A DNA stretch of 64,000 bases from the human T2T-CHM13v2.0 reference genome, Homo sapiens, in the NCBI RefSeq assembly GCF_009914755.1, contig NC_060928.1. The stretch is one strand, 5' to 3'. Both the position numbers and the translations under genes were made by a program. The notes beneath the pieces are model-generated. The model made no database searches and was not told the DNA's origin. It worked only from the letters and a program-made list of their open reading frames with translations. Below, piece by piece: positions 54,942 through 64,000 of the stretch (the stretch's first letter is position 1; the number at the start of each line of letters is the position of its first letter).

Positions 54942-57900
54942 CATACTCAGGAACTTCTTTGTGATGTTTGCATTCAAGTCACAGAATTGAACATTCCCTT
55001 TCATAGAGCAGGTTTGAAACACTCTTTCTCTAGTATCTGGAAGTGGACATTTCAAGCGCTTTCAGGCCTATGGAGAGAAAGGAAATACCTTCAAATAAAA
55101 ACTAGACAGAAGCATTCTCAGAAACTTATTTGTGATGTGTGTCCTCAACTAACAGAGTTGAACCTTTGTTTTGATACAGCATTTTGGAAACACTCCTTTT
55201 GTAGAATCTGCAGGTGGATATTTGGATAACTTTGAAGATTTCGTTGGAAACCGGAATATCTTCATATAAAATCAAGACAGAAGCATTCTCGGAAACATCT
55301 CTGTGATGTTTGCATTCAACTCAGTAGAGTTGAACACTTCCTTTCATAGAGCCGGTTTGAAACACTCTTTCTGCACTACCTGGAAGCGGACATTTCGAGC
55401 GCTTTGAGGCCTATGGTGAAAAAGGAAATATCTTCTCATAAAAACCAGAAAGAAGCATTCTCAGAAACTTCTTTGTGTTGTGTGTACTCAAGTAACAGTG
55501 TTGAACCTTCCTTTTGACACAGCAGTTTTGAAACACTCTTTTGGTAGAATCTGCAAGTGGATATTTGGATAGCTTTGAGGATTTCGTTGGAAACGGGTTA
55601 TCTTCATATAAAATCCAGACAGGAGCATTCTCAGAAACTTCTTTGTGCTGCATGTCCTCAATTCACAGAGCTGAACCTTTGTTTGGATACAGCATTTTGG
55701 AAACATTCCTTTAGTAGAATCTGCAAGTTGATATTTAGATAGCTTTGAAGATTTCGTTGGAAATGGGAATATCTTCATAGAAAATCTAGACGGAAGCATT
55801 CTCAGAAACTGCTTTGTGATGTTTGCATTCAAGTCACAGAGTTGAATATTCCCTTTTATAGAGTAGGTTTGAAACACTCTTTTGGCACTACCTGGAAGTG
55901 GATATTTCGAGCTCTTTGAGGCCTATGGTTAAAAGGAAATATCTTCCCATAAAAACTAGACAGAAGCCGTCTCAGAAACTTGTTTGTGATGTGTATATTC
56001 AACTAACAGAGTTGAACATTTCTGTTACAGAGCAATTTTAAAACACTCTTTTTGTGGAATCTGAAAGTGGATAATTGGATAGCTTTGTGGATTTCGTTGG
56101 AAACGGGATGACGTATAAAATCTAGAGAGAAGCATTCTCAGGAACTTCTTTGTGATGTTTGCATTCAAGTCACAGAATTGAACATTCCCTTTCATAGAGC
56201 AGGTTTGAAACACTCTTTCTCTAGTATCTGGAAGTGGGCATTTCAAGCGCTTTCAGGCCTATGGAGAGAAAGGAAATACCTTCAAATAAAAACTAGACAG
56301 AAGCATTCTCAGAAACTTATTTGTGATGTGTGTCCTCAACTAACAGAGTTGAACCTGTGTTTTGATACAGCATTTTGGAAACACTCCTTTTGTAGGATCT
56401 GCAGGTGGATATTTGGATAGATTTTAAGATTTCGTTGGAAACGGGAGTTTCTTCATAGAAACTCAAGACAGATGCATTCTCAGAAACATCTCTGTGATGT
56501 TTGCATTCCACTCATAGATTTGAAAACTTCCTTTCATAGAGCAGGTTTGAAACACTCTTTTTGTAATATTTGGAAGTGGACATTTGCAGCGCTTTGAGGC
56601 CTATGGTGAAAAAGGAAATATCTTCTGATAAAAACCAGAAACAAGCATTCTCAGAAACTTCTTTTTGATGTGTGTACTCAAGTAACAGAGTTGAACCTTC
56701 CTTTTGACACAGCAGTTTTGAAACAATCTTTTTGTAGAATCTGCAAGTGGATATTTGGATAGCTTTGAGGATTTCGTTGGAAACGGGATATCTTCATATA
56801 AAATCTAGACAGAAGCATTCTCAGAAACTTCTTTGTGCTGTATGTCCTCAATTAACAGATTTGAACCATTGCTTGGATACAGCATTTTGGAAACATTCCT
56901 TGAGTAGAATCTGCAAGTTGATATTTAGATAGATTTGAAGATTTCGTTGGAAAAGGGAATATCTCCATATAAAATCTAGAGGGAAGCATTCTCAGAAACT
57001 GCTTTGTGATGTTTCCATTCAAGTCACAGAGTTGAATATTCCCTTTTATAGAGCACGTTTGAAACACTCTTTCTGCACTATCTGGAAGTGGACATTTCGA
57101 GCGCTTTGAGGCCTATGGTGAAAAAGGAAATATCTTCCCATAAAAACCAGACAGAAGCATTCTCAGAAACTTGTTTGTGATGTGTGTATTCAACTAACAG
57201 AGTTGAACTTTTGTTTTTACAGAGCCGTTTTAAAACACTCTTTTTGTGGAATCAGAAAGTGGATATTCGGATGGCTCTGAGGATTTCGTTGGAAGCGGGA
57301 TTACATATAAAATCTAGAGAGAAGCATTCTCAGGAACTTCTTTGTGATGTTTGCATTGAAGTCACAGAATTGAACATTCACTTTGATAGAGCAGGTTTGA
57401 AACACTCATTCTGTAGTATCTGGAAGTGGACATTTCAAGCGCTTTCAGGCCTATGGTGAGAAAGGAAATATCTTCGAATAAAAACTAGACAGAAGCATCC
57501 TCAGAAACTTATTTGTGATGTGTGTCCTCAACTAACAGAGTTGAAACTTTGTTTTGATACAGCATTTTGGAAACACTCTTTTTGTAGAATCTGCAGGTGG
57601 ATATTTGGATAGCTTAGAGGGATTCGTTGGAAAGGGGATATCTTCATATAAAATCTAGACAGAAGCATTCTCAGAAACTTATTTGTGATGTGTGTCCTCA
57701 ACTAACAGAGTTGAACCTTGGTTTTGATACAGCATTTTGGAAACGCTCCTTTTGTAGAATCTGCAGGTGGATATGTGGATAGCTCTGAAGATTTCGTTGG
57801 AAACGGGAATTTCTTCATATAAAATCAAACAGAAGCATTCTCAGAAACTTCTCAGTGATGTTTGCATTCAGCTCATGGAGTTGAACACTTCCTTTCATAG

Positions 57901-60900
57901 AGCCGGTTTGAAACACTCTTTCTGCACTACCTGGAAGAGGACATTTCGAGCGCTTTGAGTCCTATGGTGAAAAAGGAAATATCTTCTCATAAAAACCAGA
58001 AAGAAGCATTCTCAGAAACTTCTTTGTGTTGTGTGTACTCATGTAACAGTGTTGAACCATCCTTTTGACAGAGCAGTTTTGAAACACTCTTTTTGTAGAA
58101 TCTGCAAGTGGATATTTGGATAGCTTTGAGGATTTCGTTGGAAACGGGATGACATATAATATCTAGAGAGAAGCATACTCAGGAACTTCTTTGTGATGTT
58201 TGCATTCAAGTCACAGAATTGAACATTCCCTTTCATAGAGCAGGTTTGAAACACTCTTTCTCTAGTATCTGGAAGTGGGCATTTCAAGCGCTTTCAGGCC
58301 TATGGAGAGAAAGGAAATACCTTCAAATAAAAACTAGACAGAAGCATTCTCAGAAACTTATTTGTGATGTGTGTCCTCAACTAACAGAGTTGAACCTTTG
58401 TTTTGATACAGCATTTTGGAAACACTCCTTTTGTAGAATCTGCAGGTGGATATTTGGATAACTTTGAAGATTTCGTTGGAAACCGGAATATCTTCATATA
58501 AAATCAAGACAGAAGCATTCTCGGAAACATCTCTGTGATGTTTGCATTCAACTCAGTAGAGTTGAACACTTCCTTTCATAGAGCAGGTTTGAAACACTCT
58601 TTCTGCACTACCTGGAAGCGGACATTTCGAGCGCTTTGAGGCCTATGGTGAAAAAGGAAATATCTTCTCATAAAAACCAGAAAGAAGCATTCTCAGAAAC
58701 TTCTTTGTGTTGTGTGTACTCAAGTAACAGTGTTGAACCTTCCTTTTGACACAGCAGTTTTGAAACACTCTTTTGGTAGAATCTGCAAGTGGATATTTGG
58801 ATAGCTTTGAGGATTTCGTTGGAAACGGGTTATCTTCATATAAAATCCAGACAGGAGCATTCTCAGAAACTTCTTTGTGCTGCATGTCCTCAATTCACAG
58901 AGCTGAACCTTTGTTTGGATACAGCATTTTGGAAACATTCCTTTAGTAGAATCTGCAAGTTGATATTTAGATAGCTTTGAAGATTTCGTTGGAAACGGGA
59001 ATATCTTCATAGAAAATCTAGACGGAAGCATTCTCAGAAACTGCTTTGTGATGTTTGCATTCAAGTCACAGAGTTGAATATTCCCTTTTATAGAGTAGGT
59101 TTGAAACACTCTTTTGGCACTACCTGGAAGTGGATATTTCGAGCTCTTTGAGGCCTATGGTTAAAAGGAAATATCTTCCCATAAAAACTAGACAGAAGCC
59201 GTCTCAGAAACTTGTTTGTGATGTGTGTATTCAACTAACAGAGTTGAACATTTCTGTTACAGAGCAATTTTAAAACACTCTTTTTGTGGAATCTGAAAGT
59301 GGATAATTGGATAGCTTTGTGGATTTCGTTGGAAACGGGATGACGTATAAAATCTAGAGAGAAGCATTCTCAGGAACTTCTTTGTGATGTTTGCATTCAA
59401 GTCACAGAATTGAACATTCCCTTTCATAGAGCAGGTTTGAAACACTCTTTCTCTAGTATCTGGAAGTGGGCATTTCAAGCGCTTTCAGGCCTATGGAGAG
59501 AAAGGAAATACCTTCAAATAAAAACTAGACAGAAGCATTCTCAGAAACTTATTTGTGATGTGTGTCCTCAACTAACAGAGTTGAAACTTTGTTTTGATAC
59601 AGCATTTTGGAAACACTCCTTTTGTAGGATCTGCAGGTGGATATTTGGATAGATTTTAAGATTTCGTTGGAAACGGGAGTTTCTTCATAGAAACTCAAGA
59701 CAGATGCATTCTCAGAAACATCTCTGTGATGTTTGCATTCCACTCATAGATTTGAAAACTTCCTTTCATAGAGCAGGTTTGAAACACTCTTTTTGTAATA
59801 TTTGGAAGTGGACATTTGCAGCGCTTTGAGGCCTATGGTGAAAAAGGAAATATCTTCTCATAAAAACCAGAAACAAGCATTCTCAGAAACTTCTTTTTGA
59901 TGTGTGTACTCAAGTAACAGAGTTGAACCTTCCTTTTGACACAGCAGTTTTGAAACAATCTTTTTGTAGAATCTGCAAGTGGATATTTGGATAGCTTTGA
60001 GGATTTCGTTGGAAACGGGATATCTTCATATAAAATCTAGACAGAAGCATTCTCAGAAACTTCTTTGTGCTGTATGTCCTCAATTAACAGAGTTGAACCA
60101 TTGCTTGGATACAGCATTTTGGAAACATTCCTTGAGTAGAATCTGCAAGTTGATATTTAGATAGATTTGAAGATTTCGTTGGAAAAGGGAATATCTCCAT
60201 ATAAAATCTAGAGGGAAGCATTCTCAGAAACTGCTTTGTGATGTTTCCATTCAAGTCACAGAGTTGAATATTCCCTTTTATAGAGCACGTTTGAAACACT
60301 CTTTCTGCACTATCTGGAAGTGGACATTTCGAGCGCTTTGAGGCCTATGGTGAAAAAGGAAATATCTTCCCATAAAAACTAGACAGAAGCATTCTCAGAA
60401 ACTTGTTTGTGATGTGTGTATTCAACTAACAGAGTTGAACTTTTGTTTTTACAGAGCCGTTTTAAAACACTCTTTTTGTGGAATCAGAAAGTGGATATTC
60501 GGATGGCTCTGAGGATTTCGTTGGAAGCGGGATTACATATAAAATCTAGAGAGAAGCATTCTCAGGAACTTCTTTGTGATGTTTGCATTGAAGTCACAGA
60601 ATTGAACATTCACTTTGATAGAGCAGGTTTGAAACACTCATTCTGTAGTATCTGGAAGTGGACATTTCAAGCGCTTTCAGGCCTATGGTGAGAAAGGAAA
60701 TATCTTCGAATAAAAACTAGACAGAAGCATCCTCAGAAACTTATTTGTGATGTGTGTCCTCAACTAACAGAGTTGAAACTTTGTTTTGATACAGCATTTT
60801 GGAAACACTCTTTTTGTAGAATCTGCAGGTGGATATTTGGATAGCTTAGAGGGATTCGTTGGAAAGGGGATATCTTCATATAAAATCTAGACAGAAGCAT

Positions 60901-61405
60901 TCTCAGAAACTTATTTGTGATGTGTGTCCTCAACTAACAGAGTTGAACCTTGGTTTTGATACAGCATTTTGGAAACGCTCCTTTTGTAGAATCTGCAGGT
61001 GGATATGTGGATAGCTCTGAAGATTTCGTTGGAAACGGGAATTTCTTCATATAAAATCAAACAGAAGCATTCTCAGAAACTTCTCAGTGATGTTTGCATT
61101 CAGCTCATGGAGTTGAACACTTCCTTTCATAGAGCCGGTTTGAAACACTCTTTCTGCACTACCTGGAAGAGGACATTTCGAGCGCTTTGAGTCCTATGGT
61201 GAAAAAGGAAATATCTTCTCATAAAAACCAGAAAGAAGCATTCTCAGAAACTTCTTTGTGTTGTGTGTACTCATGTAACAGTGTTGAACCATCCTTTTGA
61301 CAGAGCAGTTTTGAAACACTCTTTTTGTAGAATCTGCAAGTGGATATTTGGATAGCTTTGAGGATTTCGTTGGAAACGGGATGACATATAATATCTAGAG
61401 AGAAG
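54942..61405 (+). repeat. Two canonical 19-mer HORs (U19, U20)
   Basis: ORFs at 54987, 58219 and 61451 are spaced 3,232 bp apart. Confidence 0.95.
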
Positions 61406-63787
61406 CATACTCAGGAACTTCTTTGTGATGTTTGCATTCAAGTCACAGAATTGAACATTCCCTTTCATAGAGCAGGTTTGAAACACTCTTTCTCTAGTAT
61501 CTGGAAGTGGGCATTTCAAGCGCTTTCAGGCCTATGGAGAGAAAGGAAATACCTTCAAATAAAAACTAGACAGAAGCATTCTCAGAAACTTATTTGTGAT
61601 GTGTGTCCTCAACTAACAGAGTTGAACCTTTGTTTTGATACAGCATTTTGGAAACACTCCTTTTGTAGAATCTGCAGGTGGATATTTGGATAACTTTGAA
61701 GATTTCGTTGGAAACCGGAATATCTTCATATAAAATCAAGACAGAAGCATTCTCGGAAACATCTCTGTGATGTTTGCATTCAACTCAGTAGAGTTGAACA
61801 CTTCCTTTCATAGAGCAGGTTTGAAACACTCTTTCTGCACTACCTGGAAGCGGACATTTCGAGCGCTTTGAGGCCTATGGTGAAAAAGGAAATATCTTCT
61901 CATAAAAACCAGAAAGAAGCATTCTCAGAAACTTCTTTGTGTTGTGTGTACTCAAGTAACAGTGTTGAACCTTCCTTTTGACACAGCAGTTTTGAAACAC
62001 TCTTTTGGTAGAATCTGCAAGTGGATATTTGGATAGCTTTGAGGATTTCGTTGGAAACGGGTTATCTTCATATAAAATCCAGACAGGAGCATTCTCAGAA
62101 ACTTCTTTGTGCTGCATGTCCTCAATTCACAGAGCTGAACCTTTGTTTGGATACAGCATTTTGGAAACATTCCTTTAGTAGAATCTGCAAGTTGATATTT
62201 AGATAGCTTTGAAGATTTCGTTGGAAACGGGAATATCTTCATAGAAAATCTAGACGGAAGCATTCTCAGAAACTGCTTTGTGATGTTTGCATTCAAGTCA
62301 CAGAGTTGAATATTCCCTTTTATAGAGTAGGTTTGAAACACTCTTTTGGCACTACCTGGAAGTGGATATTTCGAGCTCTTTGAGGCCTATGGTTAAAAGG
62401 AAATATCTTCCCATAAAAACTAGACAGAAGCCGTCTCAGAAACTTGTTTGTGATGTGTGTATTCAACTAACAGAGTTGAACATTTCTGTTACAGAGCAAT
62501 TTTAAAACACTCTTTTTGTGGAATCTGAAAGTGGATAATTGGATAGCTTTGTGGATTTCGTTGGAAACGGGATGACGTATAAAATCTAGAGAGAAGCATT
62601 CTCAGGAACTTCTTTGTGATGTTTGCATTCAAGTCACAGAATTGAACATTCCCTTTCATAGAGCAGGTTTGAAACACTCTTTCTCTAGTATCTGGAAGTG
62701 GGCATTTCAAGCGCTTTCAGGCCTATGGAGAGAAAGGAAATACCTTCAAATAAAAACTAGACAGAAGCATTCTCAGAAACTTATTTGTGATGTGTGTCCT
62801 CAACTAACAGAGTTGAACCTTTGTTTTGATACAGCATTTTGGAAACACTCCTTTTGTAGAATCTGCAGGTGGATATTTGGATAACTTTGAAGATTTCGTT
62901 GGAAACCGGAATATCTTCATATAAAATCAAGACAGAAGCATTCTCGGAAACATCTCTGTGATGTTTGCATTCAACTCAGTAGAGTTGAACACTTCCTTTC
63001 ATAGAGCAGGTTTGAAACACTCTTTCTGCACTACATGGAAGCGGACATTTCGAGCACTTTGAGGCCTATGGTGAAAAAGGAAATATCTTCTCATAAAAAC
63101 CAGAAAGAAGCATTCTCAGAAACTTCTTTGTGTTGTGTGTACTCAAGTAACAGTGTTGAACCTTCCTGTTGACACAGCAGTTTTGAAACACTCTTTTGGT
63201 AGAATCTGCAAGTGGATATTTGGATAGCTTTGAGGATTTCGTTGGAAACGGGTTATCTTCATATAAAATCCAGACAGGAGCATTCTCAGAAACTTCTTTG
63301 TGCTGCATGTCCTCAATTCACAGAGCTGAACCTTTGTTTGGATACAGCATTTTGGAAACATTCCTTTAGTAGAATCTGCAAGTTGATATTTAGATAGCTT
63401 TGAAGATTTCGTTGGAAACGGGAATATCTTCATAGAAAATCTAGACGGAAGCATTCTCAGAAACTGCTTTGTGATGTTTGCATTCAAGTCACAGAGTTGA
63501 ATATTCCCTTTTATAGAGTAGGTTTGAAACACTCTTTCGGCACTACCTGGAAGTGGATATTTCGAGCTCTTTGAGGCCTATGGTTAAAAGGAAATATCTT
63601 CCCATAAAAACTAGACAGAAGCCGTCTCAGAAACTTGTTTGTGATGTGTGTATTCAACTAACAGAGTTGAACATTTCTGTTACAGAGCAATTTTAAAACA
63701 CTCTTTTTGTGGAATCTGAAAGTGGATAATTGGATAGCTTTGTGGATTTCGTTGGAAACGGGATGACGTATAAAATCTAGAGAGAAG
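61406..63787 (+). repeat. Tandem duplication of the 1,191-bp 7-mer subunit (M1-M7 twice)
   Basis: After M7 and the M8-type start at 62597 the sequence returns to M2-type (GTAGAATCTG...AAACCGGAA) instead of M9. ORFs 61875/63066 and 61952/63143 are 1,191 bp apart. Confidence 0.95.
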
Positions 63788-64000
63788 CATTCTCAGGAAC
63801 TTCTTTCTGATGTTTGCATTCAAGTCACAGAATTGAACATTCCTTTTCATAGTGCAGGTTTGAAACACTCTTTCTGTAGTATCTGGAAGTGGACATTTCA
63901 AGCGCTTTCAGGCCTACGGGGAGAAAGGAAATATCTTCAAATAAAAACTAGACAGAAGGATTCTCAGAAACTTATTTGTGATGTGTGTCCTAAACGAACA
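63788..64000 (+). repeat. Divergent M8/M15-like A monomer plus start of a B-like monomer, not present in the canonical 19-mer
   Basis: 11 substitutions versus M8-M9 in 213 bp (63807, 63844, 63853, 63876, 63893, 63917, 63920, 63934, 63959, 63992, 63996). Confidence 0.85.

Larger units (their letters stand above)
1..64000 (+). repeat. Centromeric alpha-satellite (alphoid) HOR array, ~171-bp monomers head-to-tail
   Basis: Motifs typical of alpha-satellite (CATTCTCAGAAACTT..TTTGTGATG, ACAGAGTTGAAC, TTTGAAACACTC, TTCGTTGGAAACGGGA, CTATGGTGAAAAAGGAAATATCTT) recur every 166-172 bp from the first to the last base on the + strand. No non-satellite insertion or strand switch seen. Confidence 0.99.

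Noticed and set aside
44-63901. About 200 short ORFs (61-129 aa) on both strands, e.g. the 129-aa minus-strand ORF at 545-934
   Set aside because: They recur with the HOR period, overlap in conflicting frames, often use non-ATG starts and merely translate the 171-bp monomer. No recognisable domain or gene structure.
1-64000. CRISPR-like array of regularly spaced conserved motifs
   Set aside because: The intervening sequences are homologous monomer bodies rather than unique spacers, and there are no cas genes.
1-64000. L1/Alu/LTR insertion or inversion within the array
   Set aside because: Every length change is explained by whole-monomer multiples or a 2-bp deletion. No poly-A tail, target-site duplication or strand switch seen.
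1-64000. A previously undescribed gene-based biological system
   Set aside because: The window is entirely a known class of centromeric satellite. Nothing in the sequence supports such a claim beyond the array-dynamics observations listed.

Overview
The whole 64 kb window is one uninterrupted, same-orientation array of primate (most likely human) centromeric alpha-satellite DNA, about 376 monomers of ~171 bp. It is organised as a 3,232-bp, 19-monomer higher-order repeat (HOR) whose copies differ by only a few SNVs. A 19-mer of 3.2 kb with this monomer style best fits the active chromosome 4 array D4Z1 (S2C4H1L). That assignment is from recall and was not searched. I see no genes, RNA genes, transposons or inversions, and all ORFs in the track are by-products of the repeat. 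Numbering monomers M1-M19 from the window start, the HOR is a 7+7+5 composite with 8 A-type (pJ-alpha) and 11 B-type monomers, of which 8 have an intact CENP-B box. Thirteen canonical HORs (1-42014) are followed by a more rearranged zone. It contains a hybrid M16/M2 junction that looks like the scar of a 5,615-bp duplication, two tandem 12-mers, a local mutation cluster, a duplicated 7-mer, and a final divergent monomer not found in the 19-mer. I found no evidence for a new gene-based biological system. The noteworthy content is the readable record of centromeric recombination, duplication and gene conversion.
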